64,000 nucleotides of DNA from Candidatus Poriferisocius sp. GTDB taxonomy: Bacteria; Actinomycetota; Acidimicrobiia; Acidimicrobiales; Bin134. The stretch is taken from positions 3,487,811 to 3,551,810 of the forward strand of contig NZ_OZ241977.1 of the NCBI RefSeq assembly GCF_965204145.1, given 5' to 3'. Positions 27,538 to 37,259 of the stretch are shown piece after piece. The notes below the pieces were generated by a model that made no database searches, was not told where the DNA came from, and worked only from the letters and a program-made list of their open reading frames with translations. Numbering within the stretch: the first letter of the stretch is position 1; each line of letters opens with the position of its first letter. Made by a program: the position numbers and the translations under genes.

Positions 27538-28125
27538 ATGTGGCCCGTGGACTGGGCTTGGTGGCTTGTGCTGGCCGGGTATGCGTGGGGGACGTTTCCG
27601 GGCGCGCTCTTGGTGGGGAGGTATACGGGGCACGATCCGACTCGGGAGGGATCCAAGAACCCGGGGGCCAGCAACGTATACCGGGTGGCGGGGCGGTGGC
27701 CGGCCGCTTGGGTGCTGCTCAGCGATGTGGGAAAGGGATTCATTGCTGCCGGGTTGGGCGTGCTCTTTGGGGACCAGTTGATTGGAGCTGTGTGCGGGGC
27801 GGCGGCTGTGGTGGGCCACATTGTGCCCCTGGGTCGCTATCGCGAGGGGGGCAAGGGGGTGGCCACCTTCGGGGGGATGCTGCTGGCGCTGACCCCAGTG
27901 GTGGGCGTGATCCTCATTGGCGTATGGGCGCTGGCCCTTGCAGTAACCAAGCGGGCCGGGGCGGCCTCGATAGCGGCCACGGCGGCGGCACCGGCCTCAG
28001 TGGCCATTCAGGGTTGGCCTGCACTGGAGGTGGTGGTGGTTATCGGGGTTGCGGTGGTGGTTATCGCCCGCCACCATGAGAACATTCGTCGCATGTTGCG
28101 TAGAGAAGAACCGGCGCTCTGGTGA
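27538..28125 (+). CDS. plsY: Glycerol-3-phosphate acyltransferase PlsY
   Basis: 195 aa, multi-TM, with the GSKNPGASNV motif and HIVPLG. Confidence 0.9.
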   Translation: MWPVDWAWWLVLAGYAWGTFPGALLVGRYTGHDPTREGSKNPGASNVYRVAGRWPAAWVLLSDVGKGFIAAGLGVLFGDQLIGAVCGAAAVVGHIVPLGRYREGGKGVATFGGMLLALTPVVGVILIGVWALALAVTKRAGAASIAATAAAPASVAIQGWPALEVVVVIGVAVVVIARHHENIRRMLRREEPALW

Positions 28126-28162
28126 TGTCTCACCCAAGATGTGCCGATTCGGTTGACAGGAG

Positions 28163-29374
28163 TTGGCAATGATTCCGCTTTCTGAAGCCCAAGAGCTGGT
28201 ACTGGCGGGCTGCGACGTGCTGGACGAGGCAGTGGTGCCCGTCGACCACGCCCGAGGACTGGTGACCACCGAGACAGTGCTGGCCCCCGAGTTGGTGCCC
28301 CCGTTCGACAACACGGCGATGGACGGATTTGCCGTGCGGTCGGCCGATGTGGCCGATGCCCCGGCGACCCTGGGCATTGCGGGAACAATCCCCGCGGGGG
28401 TGGCGCCCGACATCACCGTGGGAGCTGGGCAGGCGGCGCGCATCATGACCGGTGCGGTGATCCCGCCCGGTGCCGACGCAGTGGTGATGGTGGAGCTGAC
28501 CGAGGCCAGCGCCGACGGAACGGAAGTGACCGTGGCCCAGTCGGTGCCCGAGGGCAACCACATTCGCCGGGCCGGCGAGGATCTGACGGTGGGCCAGACG
28601 GTGTTCGGTCCGGGAGAGGTGCTGACCCCCGGGCACTTGGGGGTGCTCACCAGCCTGGGCATGTACGAGGTGAAGGTGCGGCCGAGGGCCCGAGTAGGGG
28701 TCATGTCCACCGGCGACGAGCTGGTGGAGGGGCCGCAGCCGCTGGAGAAGGGCCAGATACGCGATTCCAACCGGCACACGCTGCTGGCCTTGCTGGCTGA
28801 GGCCGGATGCGACCCAGTGGACCTGGGCAGCATGGCCGACGACGAGGATGAGATCACCGCCGGGATCAGGGCCGGTGTTGAGAAGTGCGACGCCCTGTTG
28901 ACCTCGGGCGGGGTGAGCATGGGCGACTACGACTACGTGAAAAAGGTGCTCGACGAGATTGGCGATATGTCCTGGATGCAGGTGGCCATCAAACCGGCCA
29001 AGCCTCTGGCCTTCGGGTTGGTGGAGGGGATCCCGGTGTTCGGGCTGCCCGGCAACCCGGTGTCGTCCATGGTCTCGTTCGAGCTGTTCGCCCGGCCTGG
29101 TTTGCGCAAGATGATGGGCCACCCCTCGGGGTCGTGGCACCGTGCGCCGATTATGGGCCGGGTGGCCGAACCGCTGCACCGCCGCCCCGACGGCAAGACC
29201 CATTTCGCCCGGGTGCGGGTGGAATATCACGATGGCGAGTACCGGGCTCGCTCGGCCGGGGGCCAGGGATCGCACCAGCTTTCGGCTATGGCCGCGGCCG
29301 ATGCCCTGGCGGTGCTGCCCGATGGTGACGGCCTCGACGTCGGCGAACCAGTGTCGCTGCTGATCCTTCGCTAG
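28163..29374 (+). CDS. moeA: Molybdopterin molybdotransferase MoeA
   Basis: 403 aa. Motifs are FDNTAMDGFAV, IMTGAVIPPGADAVV, SGGVSMGDYD and GLPGNPVSS. Confidence 0.9.
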   Translation: MAMIPLSEAQELVLAGCDVLDEAVVPVDHARGLVTTETVLAPELVPPFDNTAMDGFAVRSADVADAPATLGIAGTIPAGVAPDITVGAGQAARIMTGAVIPPGADAVVMVELTEASADGTEVTVAQSVPEGNHIRRAGEDLTVGQTVFGPGEVLTPGHLGVLTSLGMYEVKVRPRARVGVMSTGDELVEGPQPLEKGQIRDSNRHTLLALLAEAGCDPVDLGSMADDEDEITAGIRAGVEKCDALLTSGGVSMGDYDYVKKVLDEIGDMSWMQVAIKPAKPLAFGLVEGIPVFGLPGNPVSSMVSFELFARPGLRKMMGHPSGSWHRAPIMGRVAEPLHRRPDGKTHFARVRVEYHDGEYRARSAGGQGSHQLSAMAAADALAVLPDGDGLDVGEPVSLLILR

Positions 29375-29444
29375 GCGCGGCCCCGTCCAAGCCGGTTTGG
29401 CTTTCCACAGTGTGCTCGGCGGTTTATTCGGCCAGAATGGGGGA

Positions 29445-30428
29445 GTGAGCGTGCCGCTGATCGACAGCTTCGGGCGGGTCCACCGGGATCTGCGCATCTC
29501 GGTGACCGACCGGTGCAACTTCCGTTGCACATACTGCATGCCGGCCGACGGGCTCGACTGGCTGCCCCGCGAAGACCTGCTCACCTTCGAGGAGATCGAG
29601 CGCATCGCCGCACTGATGGTGGACCGGTTCGGCATCGACAGCATCCGGCTCACCGGCGGGGAGCCCACCGTGAGGGCCAACTTGCCGGTGCTGGTGGAAA
29701 AGCTCGCGGCATTGGACGTCGATCTCGCCCTCACCACCAACGGGGCCACCCTGGGCCTTCTGGCCGACAAACTGGTCGCCGCCGGGCTTCGGCGAATCAA
29801 CATCTCGCTCGACTCCCTTCAGCCCGATCGGTTCGAGCGACTCACCCGCCGCAACGACTTGGACCGGGTGCTCGACGGTATCGACGCCGCCCTGGCTGCC
29901 GGCTTGAACCCGGTGAAGATCAATGCGGTGATGATGCGGGGCATCAACGACGACGAGATCGTGGATTTTGCCCGGTTCGGCCGTGACAAGGGCGTGGAGG
30001 TCAGGTTCATCGAGTTCATGCCGCTGGACGCCGACCTGTCGTGGAGCAACGACAAGGTGGTCACTTTGGACGAGATCGTGTCCACGGTGGCCGAGGCGTT
30101 CCCGCTGGCCCCGGTCGAGCGATCGCACTCGCCGGCCGCGGTGTGGCACTACGCCGACGGCCGGGGCTCGTTCGGGGTGATCGCCAGCGTGACCGACGCC
30201 TTCTGCGGGAGCTGCGACCGGGTGAGGCTCACCGCCGAGGGCATGTTCCGCAACTGCCTGTTCGCCGTGGACGAGCACGATCTTCGGGAACTGCTGCGCT
30301 CGGGGACAAGCGACGATGAGATTGCCGCGGTCATCTCGGGTGTGGTGATGGACAAGTGGGCTGGGCACGCCATCAACCAGGTGCACTTCATTCGCCCCGG
30401 CCGTTCGATGTCCCAGATCGGGGGGTGA
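29445..30428 (+). CDS. moaA: GTP 3',8-cyclase MoaA (radical SAM)
   Basis: LRISVTDRCNFRCTYCMP is the CxxxCxxC radical-SAM motif. The C-terminal cluster is FCGSCDRVRLTAEG. Start chosen is GTG 29445 (the track ORF opens at 29397). Confidence 0.9.
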   Translation: MSVPLIDSFGRVHRDLRISVTDRCNFRCTYCMPADGLDWLPREDLLTFEEIERIAALMVDRFGIDSIRLTGGEPTVRANLPVLVEKLAALDVDLALTTNGATLGLLADKLVAAGLRRINISLDSLQPDRFERLTRRNDLDRVLDGIDAALAAGLNPVKINAVMMRGINDDEIVDFARFGRDKGVEVRFIEFMPLDADLSWSNDKVVTLDEIVSTVAEAFPLAPVERSHSPAAVWHYADGRGSFGVIASVTDAFCGSCDRVRLTAEGMFRNCLFAVDEHDLRELLRSGTSDDEIAAVISGVVMDKWAGHAINQVHFIRPGRSMSQIGG

Positions 30429-30463
30429 CATGACATGGAGCCTGGCGTGGCGAAGAGGGTGAC

Positions 30464-30967
30464 ATGACCGACGTCGGCTTCACCCACCTGGACCCCCTCG
30501 GCCGGGCCCGCATGGTGGACGTGACCCCCAAGGATCCGACGCACCGCCGAGCCATCGCCCGGGCCAAGGTGTTCATGAGCGCCGACACCGCGTCGGCAGT
30601 GGCCCGGGGAGCCATCGGGAAGGGGGACGTGTTGGCGGTGGCCCGAGTGGCGGGCATCCAGGCGGCCAAGCGCACTCCCGAGCTGATCCCGCTGTGCCAC
30701 CCGCTGCTGGTGGGGGCGGTGCTGGTGAATTTTCGGATCGAGGACGCCTATATCGAGATCGAGGCCGAAGTGGAAACGGTCGATCGAACAGGGGTGGAGA
30801 TGGAAGCTCTCACCGCCTGCTCGGTGGCCGCGTTGACCGTCTACGACATGTGCAAGTCGCGGGACAAAGAGATGGTGATCGGCGAGGTAGCCCTGTGGGA
30901 GAAGACGGGTGGGCGCTCGGGCCACTACCGCCGCCAGGAGGATGCCGACGCGGCCCACGACGACTGA
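30464..30967 (+). CDS. moaC: Cyclic pyranopterin monophosphate synthase MoaC
   Basis: 167 aa. Motifs are THLDPLGRARMVDV, IPLCHPL and TVYDMCK. Confidence 0.9.
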   Translation: MTDVGFTHLDPLGRARMVDVTPKDPTHRRAIARAKVFMSADTASAVARGAIGKGDVLAVARVAGIQAAKRTPELIPLCHPLLVGAVLVNFRIEDAYIEIEAEVETVDRTGVEMEALTACSVAALTVYDMCKSRDKEMVIGEVALWEKTGGRSGHYRRQEDADAAHDD

Positions 30968-31174
30968 CCGCCTCCGACGTCCAGCCTGCGGTAGACGGGC
31001 TGGCGCGGGTGGACTTTCTGTAGTAGAACTGTAACAAGTGTCAAGGCCTTGTAATGTCCGTCGGCTGGCGGTCACGAATCGTTCACACGTTTTTCAGTCG
31101 GGGTCGGGGCGCGACCATCCACCAATGAGTGCGTCCGAGGGGCTTACCATTAATTCTGCAAGGGACTCCCTAGA

Positions 31175-31702
31175 TTGGTGACATCAGTGTTGCTCATGAT
31201 CTTGGCAGCTGCTTGGGCTGCCTTTTTGCTTCCGCCCCTGATCCGCCGAGCGCGCAACGGTCAGTTCGGGAGCCGGCGCCGGTCGCCGCAGCTAGGTTTT
31301 GGCACCCCCCTTCGCTCGGTGCACCCCCGCTTGGCTGAGCGGGGTGCCATGGCGGCTCCAGTGGTGGCCCTTCGGCCCAATATCGCCTTGCCGCCTCGGG
31401 TGTACGCTACTCAGATGGCTTCGAACTCGAATCGGGGCATTCCCCGCACGTCGATCGACGCCCGCCGTCGTCGGCGCCGCATCTTGGTGACACTCATCGT
31501 GGGTGCGCTGGCCTCGTTTGTGCTCGCCGTCTATTTGGGCGGTTTCGCCCTGGTGGTACACCTGCTGATCGACGCGCTGCTGCTCGGCTACGCCATGCTG
31601 CTGGTGCAGCATCAGAGGACCCGCGAGGATCGGCTCAATCCAATCGACGTGGATGCCCCGCAGACCGGCCCCTGGGACGTGGCCTCCGGCGGCGAGCGCT
31701 GA
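31175..31702 (+). CDS. SepX/GlpR-like small membrane protein (actinobacterial divisome-associated family, tentative)
   Basis: The N-terminal helix LLMILAAAWAAFLLPPLIRR resembles the SepX/GlpR N-terminus as I recall it. Two C-terminal TM helices follow an RRRRR stretch. Start uncertain (TTG/GTG/ATG at 31175-31196). Confidence 0.45.
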   Translation: MVTSVLLMILAAAWAAFLLPPLIRRARNGQFGSRRRSPQLGFGTPLRSVHPRLAERGAMAAPVVALRPNIALPPRVYATQMASNSNRGIPRTSIDARRRRRRILVTLIVGALASFVLAVYLGGFALVVHLLIDALLLGYAMLLVQHQRTREDRLNPIDVDAPQTGPWDVASGGER

Positions 31703-31768
31703 TCTCCTTTTCCTGCTGATTCCAATCGTTTCCCGGCAGCGGCCCCCACTAATCTGTGCGGCGTCTTT

Positions 31769-31842
31769 GGGGCTGTAGCTCAGTTGGCTAGAGCGCCTCG
31801 TTCGCAACGAGGAGGTCGGCGGTTCGAGTCCGCTCAGCTCCA
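31769..31842 (+). tRNA. tRNA-Ala (anticodon CGC)
   Basis: Hand-folded cloverleaf: acceptor GGGGCTG/CAGCTCC with the G3:U70 Ala identity pair, anticodon arm CCTCG-TTCGCAA-CGAGG, T arm GGCGG-TTCGAGT-CCGCT. CCA is not encoded. Confidence 0.93.
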
Positions 31843-31873
31843 CTCAGCCTTGCGCTACTAGCGTGACCCGTCG

Positions 31874-32878
31874 ATGGGGAGCGATTTCGATTCAGCACTG
31901 GAGGGGTTCATCCGGCGGCGTCTGGGGGATGTCGGCGGGCTCCGGGTAGAGGGCGAGGCTCGAGTCACCGGCGGGCAGTCGAGGGAGAACTGGCCGTTCG
32001 ATCTGTTCTGGGAAGAGGGCGGGCAGTCGCACCATCGCCGCCTTTTCCTTCGACGCGATCCGGTGGGCAGCGTGCTCGAGACCGACCGCAGAGTGGAGTT
32101 CGAGGTGCTGCGGCGGTTGCACGACCAGCCGGTGCGGGCCCCCGAGGTGGTGTGGCTGGATGCCGACGGGTCGGAACTGGGCCGCCCCGCGATGGTTATG
32201 ACCCGCTATGACGGGCACAACGACCACTACATACTTCAGGGAGGCAGCAGCCAGCTCGACGAGGACACCCGGGCCGGCATCGCTTCGCAGATGGTGGACC
32301 TGATGATCGAGATCCACGCCCTGGACTGGAAGGATGCCGGGCTCAACGATGTGCTGGCCGTGCCCGCCGACCCGGCGGAGGCGGCCATCGACGAATGGGC
32401 CGCGGTGGTCGAACGCCAGTCGTTGGAGCCTCAGCCGCTGCTGGCCCTGATTGAGCAGTGGCTGCGGCGGAACCGGCCGGAACCCGGTGAGATCACCGTT
32501 GTCCACGGAGACATCAAGCCGGGCAATGTGCTGTTCGAGGGCGACCAGGTGCAGGTCTTGCTGGACTGGGAGACAGTCCACTTGGGGGACCCGGCTGAGG
32601 ATTTGGGGTGGGTGACGAATCCGGTTCGCCGGATTGAGCACCAGATTCCCGGACGGTGGGAAGCAGATGATCTGCTGTCGGCCTATGAGGCTCGCACTGG
32701 CCGGACCGTCGACCGGGATGCGGTGCGATTCTGGCAGGTGCTGGCCAACTACAAGCTGGTGGCCATTGTCATGACCGGAGTGCGCAGCTTCTGTGACGGT
32801 CGCACCCTTCGGGTGTGGTCCGGGGCTGGACTTCTTGAAAATGTGTTGTTGGCCCAAACCGCGGAGGAGTTGAGATGA
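31874..32878 (+). CDS. Phosphotransferase (APH/choline-kinase-like) family protein
   Basis: VVHGDIKPGNVLF (catalytic loop) and LLDWETVHLGDPAEDL (DxD/Brenner-like) motifs. Confidence 0.8.
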   Translation: MGSDFDSALEGFIRRRLGDVGGLRVEGEARVTGGQSRENWPFDLFWEEGGQSHHRRLFLRRDPVGSVLETDRRVEFEVLRRLHDQPVRAPEVVWLDADGSELGRPAMVMTRYDGHNDHYILQGGSSQLDEDTRAGIASQMVDLMIEIHALDWKDAGLNDVLAVPADPAEAAIDEWAAVVERQSLEPQPLLALIEQWLRRNRPEPGEITVVHGDIKPGNVLFEGDQVQVLLDWETVHLGDPAEDLGWVTNPVRRIEHQIPGRWEADDLLSAYEARTGRTVDRDAVRFWQVLANYKLVAIVMTGVRSFCDGRTLRVWSGAGLLENVLLAQTAEELR

Positions 32879-32915
32879 CATTTTCGCCACTGGCCCTGAC
32901 TAGGCGGGATTTGCT

Positions 32916-33284
32916 ATGAGACCCACGCTGAGTGAGCAGATTGAGGGCGCCCGCCAGGTACTGGTGGAGTTGGCCGCGCCCGAGGTGACTGACCCCTATG
33001 TGCAGGAGCAGATCACCTTCGCGGCCGCCGCCCTGGAGCGCGCCGCGACACGATGGCCCGAGGTGCTGCCCGACCTGGTGACCGACGTCCGTGCTCTAGA
33101 AGAGGTCTTGGGCATCGAACCCGCGGAGCTGGTCGAAGCCGTGCCCGGGGTGGCCCACCTGGCCGCCGCCGAGGAGTATCACCGGAACCTTCGGGCTCGG
33201 CTGACCGAAGAGATCATGAGCGGGTCTGTGCCGTCTCCTGCGGTGCGGGCCTACCTGGCCAACTCGACAGAAAGGCTGAAGTAG
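32916..33284 (+). CDS. Hypothetical protein (122 aa, helical, acidic)
   Basis: Clean ORF in host composition between the phosphotransferase and the next ORF. No recognisable motif. Confidence 0.55.
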   Translation: MRPTLSEQIEGARQVLVELAAPEVTDPYVQEQITFAAAALERAATRWPEVLPDLVTDVRALEEVLGIEPAELVEAVPGVAHLAAAEEYHRNLRARLTEEIMSGSVPSPAVRAYLANSTERLK

Positions 33285-33286
33285 CC

Positions 33287-34396
33287 ATGCTCGGACCCCT
33301 TGACGACACCCTCTGGCACCAGATCGCCGAGCCGTTCGAGCACGTCGGCACCTCTGATCCCCGCTTCTTCGACCGCTACTGGTTCGCGGTCTACGACCCG
33401 GCCGGGCAGGCTGCGGTGCAATTCACCATGGGGTCGTACAACAACATGAACGTGATCGACGGCGGGGTGGTGATGGTGCGGGGCGGTACCCAGCACAACC
33501 TGCGGGCGTCGCGGGCACTACGTCCCCGCTTGGAGCCCGAGGTCGGGCCGATGCGGGTGGAGCCCACGATCCCGCTGGAGGAGCTGCGGGTGATCCTGGC
33601 TCCCGGCGACCACTCCATCGCCTGCGATCTGGTGTGGCGGGCCGAGCTGGCCCCCGAGATCGAAAAGCCCCACGTGGAGCGGGAGCGGGGCCGGGTGGCC
33701 CAGGACTATCAGCGGTTCAACCAGGTGGGAGTGGTGGACGGCTGGATCACGGTGGGCGACGAGGGCCTGACGGTGGACGGCTGGTGGGGCGGTCGAGACC
33801 ACTCCTGGGGAGTGCGGCCCGCGATGGGTATTCCCGAGCCGGTCACCGGCCCGCCCCGACAACACAGCGAGGTCGGCACGCTGTTCTACTTCCTGTTCTT
33901 CTCCACCAACCGCCGGGCCGGCCATGTGCAGATCATGGAGCGGGGATCGGAGCGGGTATACCTCACCGGGCTCATCCGAGACCGGGATGCCCCTGATACC
34001 GATCGCCACGTCACTCGGGCCGAGCTATCGCTCGACTTCTTCGACGGCACTCGGCGGTTCTCATCGGCCGGTATGGCGGTGAGCCTGGACGACGGGCGCT
34101 CGCTGCGGCTCGGTTCAGCGCCGCTGGGCTCGGCGGTGGCCATGGCCGGACTGGGGTACAGCGGCGGGTGGAACGATGAGCTCGGCCTCGGCGTTTACCG
34201 GGGTGAGTCCTACATCGAGCACGAGGTCTGGGACGTGAGCCATCCAGCCGATGTGGTGAGGGCCTCAGGCGAGGTGTTCACCCCGATGCACCGCATCGCC
34301 CCGGTCACCGTCACCACCGATGACCCCGACGAGACCGGCACCGGCAGCCTGACCATGATCGCCAACGGCCGCCTCCCCCAGTACGGCCTGGATTGA
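33287..34396 (+). CDS. Conserved-looking hypothetical protein (369 aa)
   Basis: The track ORF 33053-34396 was trimmed to ATG 33287 (MLGPLDDTLWHQIAEPFEHV...), 2 nt after the preceding stop. The upstream part overlaps the previous gene in another frame. Confidence 0.65.
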   Translation: MLGPLDDTLWHQIAEPFEHVGTSDPRFFDRYWFAVYDPAGQAAVQFTMGSYNNMNVIDGGVVMVRGGTQHNLRASRALRPRLEPEVGPMRVEPTIPLEELRVILAPGDHSIACDLVWRAELAPEIEKPHVERERGRVAQDYQRFNQVGVVDGWITVGDEGLTVDGWWGGRDHSWGVRPAMGIPEPVTGPPRQHSEVGTLFYFLFFSTNRRAGHVQIMERGSERVYLTGLIRDRDAPDTDRHVTRAELSLDFFDGTRRFSSAGMAVSLDDGRSLRLGSAPLGSAVAMAGLGYSGGWNDELGLGVYRGESYIEHEVWDVSHPADVVRASGEVFTPMHRIAPVTVTTDDPDETGTGSLTMIANGRLPQYGLD

Positions 34397-34399
34397 GAG

Positions 34400-35230
34400 T
34401 TAGGGGGAGTCGGGGAGGTTGGTGAAGCCTCGGCCGTCGGCGCGGCGGTACCAGCCTTGGGCGGTCATCGTGCCGCCGTCCACCGGGATGGTCTGGCCGG
34501 TCATGAAGCGGGACTGGTCAGAGGCCAAGAACAGGGCCACCTCGGCGAAGTCGTCGGGGTTGCCGAAGCGGCACAGGGGGATATTCCGGGTGACCTGCTC
34601 GAGGGGGCGCTCCCGCAGCATCTGGTCCAGCGGGGTTTGCAGAGTGACGGCCATGTCGGGAGCGATGGCGTTGACCCTGATGTTCTGGTCGGCCATCTCC
34701 AGGGCGATGGATCGGGTGAACGCGATGATGGCGGCGTTGGACGCCGAGTACACCGCGATTCGGGGCATGGCCCGCATCGCCTCCACCGTGGACACGTTCA
34801 CGATGGTGCCGCCGCCTCCCTCCACCATGGTGGGCAGAAAGGCATGGGTGCAGCGCAGCACATGGCGGAAGGTGATGTTGATCTGGGCGTCCCAGTCGGC
34901 CTCGGTGGTCCGGATGAACTTGCCCGCCCCCGGCCGATAGTCGCCCACGTTGTTCACCAGCACGTCTACTCGGCCGTCGCCGAACTCCACCGCGGCCCGG
35001 TGGAAGTCGGCTACCATCGCGGCGTCGGTGATGTCGCCCACCACGGCGATGGCCCGCCCCCCGGCATTGGTGATGTCGTCCACCGCGGCGTTGGCCCGGT
35101 CGGCGTCGATATCGTTGACCACCACCGCGGCACCGGCCTCGGCGAACAGCCGGGATATTCCGCCCCCGATTCCCCCGCCTCCCCCGGTGACGGCCGCGAT
35201 CTTGTTGGCTAATGGCGTTGCGCTCGGCAT
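34400..35230 (-). CDS. SDR-family oxidoreductase (atypical: YSASN instead of YxxxK)
   Basis: Cofactor motif VTGGGGGIGGGI and NNVG are present. The catalytic region reads VYSASNAAIIAF. Confidence 0.8.
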   Translation of the reverse strand: MPSATPLANKIAAVTGGGGGIGGGISRLFAEAGAAVVVNDIDADRANAAVDDITNAGGRAIAVVGDITDAAMVADFHRAAVEFGDGRVDVLVNNVGDYRPGAGKFIRTTEADWDAQINITFRHVLRCTHAFLPTMVEGGGGTIVNVSTVEAMRAMPRIAVYSASNAAIIAFTRSIALEMADQNIRVNAIAPDMAVTLQTPLDQMLRERPLEQVTRNIPLCRFGNPDDFAEVALFLASDQSRFMTGQTIPVDGGTMTAQGWYRRADGRGFTNLPDSP

Positions 35231-35321
35231 CCGGGTTTTCTAGCGCATCCCGTGTAGTGCTGCTCACATCGTGGAGTCGTTCGCGTTGGGCCGCCGCCGG
35301 AGTCGTTGCCAAGATGTCGGC

Positions 35322-36134
35322 ATGAGCAATCGCTTGAGCGGACGGGTGGCCATCGTCACCGGAGGGGCCAACGGATTGGGAGAGGCCATCGCCGGCAAGT
35401 TCGCCGCCGAAGGCGCAGTGGTGGTGATCGCCGACGTGGACGAGCCGGCCATGGAACAGGTGGGCGGCGAACTGGGAGTAGAGACCTCCCACTGCGATGT
35501 GTCCGATCGGGCGTCGGTGCAGGCGCTGGTGGACGGGGTGGTGGAGCGCCACGGGCGGCTCGACATCATGGTGGCCAATGCGGGCATCGCCAACTCCCCC
35601 AAGTATTTGGACATAGACGACGAGTTCTGGGGCCGGATGATCGACGTGAACCTGACCGGGGTGTTCTTGTGCAACCAGATCGCGGCCCGCCACATGGTGG
35701 CACGAGGCAATGGCGGCGTGTTGTTGAACACCGCGTCCATTCTCGGGGCGGAGGGCAATCCCCAGACCCCGGCGTACGCCGCCTCGAAGGCTGGGGTGAT
35801 CTCGCTGACCCGCAGTGGGGCCATGGCGCTCGGAGAGTTCGGCATCCGGGTGAATGCGGTGGGGCCGGGATACATGAAGACCCGAATGACCGAAGGGTTG
35901 CGGGCGGTGCCCGAGTTGGAGAAGTCGCTGGCTGAGATGGTGCCGCTGAACCGATTCGGCGAGGCCGGCGACATCGCCGATGCCGCGGTGTTCTTGGCCA
36001 GCGACGAGGCCTCCTACATCACCGGCCACACCCTGTTCGTGGACGGCGGCTGGCTCACCCACCACCTTCCTGCCCGCACCGAGGAGCAGGAGGAGATCCG
36101 CGTCCGCGCCCAGGCTGAGGCCGAAGCCCGCTGA
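35322..36134 (+). CDS. SDR-family oxidoreductase
   Basis: MSNRLSGRVAIVTGGANGLG, NAGI and YAASKAGV motifs. Start trimmed to ATG 35322. Confidence 0.85.
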   Translation: MSNRLSGRVAIVTGGANGLGEAIAGKFAAEGAVVVIADVDEPAMEQVGGELGVETSHCDVSDRASVQALVDGVVERHGRLDIMVANAGIANSPKYLDIDDEFWGRMIDVNLTGVFLCNQIAARHMVARGNGGVLLNTASILGAEGNPQTPAYAASKAGVISLTRSGAMALGEFGIRVNAVGPGYMKTRMTEGLRAVPELEKSLAEMVPLNRFGEAGDIADAAVFLASDEASYITGHTLFVDGGWLTHHLPARTEEQEEIRVRAQAEAEAR

Positions 36135-36150
36135 CGCGGCTCGGAAGGGG

Positions 36151-37161
36151 CTATTTGCGGCGGCGTCGGGCCCGGTCGAGATCCTGGTCGGCCAGTTCTT
36201 CGGCCAACTCCAAATAGCGCCGCAACCGGCCCGGATCGACGTTGCCGGCCACCGCGCAGCCGGGCTCTCCTTGGTGCCAGCAGTCCTCGGCGAACCGGCA
36301 ATCCTGGTCGAGAGCGTCGATCTCGGCGTAGGCCGCGGCCAACCCCTCCCACGCATCCCATGGCCCCACAGCCCGGATGCCCGGCGTGTCCACTATTGCC
36401 CCGCCGCTGGGCAGTGAGATAAGCCGCCTGGCGATGGTGGTATGGCGGCCCCGGGCATCGCCTGCCCGCACTTCCTGGGTGGCCTGGACCTCGTCCCCGA
36501 CCAACGCGTTGATGAGCGTGGACTTGCCCACTCCCGACGGCCCCAGCAGCGCCAGGGTCCGGCCCCCTTCCAGCAGGGCGGTCAGGTCGTCGAGGCCCTC
36601 GCCCCGCAACGCGGCAGTGATCACCACCGTGGCCCCCGGGGCCAGAACAGCGGCCTTGTCGGCATCCCGCTCGGGATGGCGGCGAAGATCGGCTTTGGCC
36701 AAGATCACCGCAACCGCGGCGCCCGATTGCCAGCCGACCACGCAAAAGCGCTCCAATTGGGCCGGGTTGATGCGCCGGTCGAGGCCGTGTACCACCCCCA
36801 CCACATCGGCGTTGGCCACCAGCGTCTGGGCACGGGCGTGCTCAGCCGGGTCTCTCCTCACCACCAGCGTGCGCCGCTCCAGTACCTGCTCCACCGCGAG
36901 GTTGCCGTCGGGGCCGGGGCCGATGGTGACCCAGTCCCCAGTCACCGGGGCCACATCTGCTTGGGCTCGCTGAGAATCGGACGAGACCCTGATCTGGCCT
37001 TCGTCGGTAACCACCTCGCACTCGCCCCGGTCAACCTGCACCACCCGGCCCAGTTGTCCCGCCTGGCTCCGGGCCAACTCCCGCCACCGCTGGTCGGCGC
37101 CCAAGGCCTCCAACGGCGTCATTGGGTGCTGATTAGCGTGAGTGCCATATTCCGGCTCCAT
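36151..37161 (-). CDS. rsgA: Ribosome small-subunit-dependent GTPase A
   Basis: GPSGVGKSTLINAL (circularly permuted GTPase) and DTPG motifs. The C-terminal zinc motif is CRFAEDCWHQGEPGCAV. Confidence 0.9.
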   Translation of the reverse strand: MEPEYGTHANQHPMTPLEALGADQRWRELARSQAGQLGRVVQVDRGECEVVTDEGQIRVSSDSQRAQADVAPVTGDWVTIGPGPDGNLAVEQVLERRTLVVRRDPAEHARAQTLVANADVVGVVHGLDRRINPAQLERFCVVGWQSGAAVAVILAKADLRRHPERDADKAAVLAPGATVVITAALRGEGLDDLTALLEGGRTLALLGPSGVGKSTLINALVGDEVQATQEVRAGDARGRHTTIARRLISLPSGGAIVDTPGIRAVGPWDAWEGLAAAYAEIDALDQDCRFAEDCWHQGEPGCAVAGNVDPGRLRRYLELAEELADQDLDRARRRRK

Positions 37162-37259
37162 GTGGTGGGTCTATTGGCCCAAACGGTGGAAAATCACAAT
37201 AGCCTTAGTGCCACACAGCCGGATAAAGAACAACCGGCCTAGCTGATCGGAATACAGCA

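Noticed and set aside
31769-31842. tRNA-Ala and tRNA-Glu (53904-53979) as integration hot spots with attached islands.
   Set aside because: The flanking genes have host composition and ordinary metabolic functions, and no partial tRNA duplications were seen nearby.
37162-37259. Possible Moco riboswitch upstream of the Mo-oxidoreductase gene, or before moeA at 28126-28162.
   Set aside because: The leaders are too short (98 nt and 37 nt), and no conserved Moco-motif elements were recognisable by eye.
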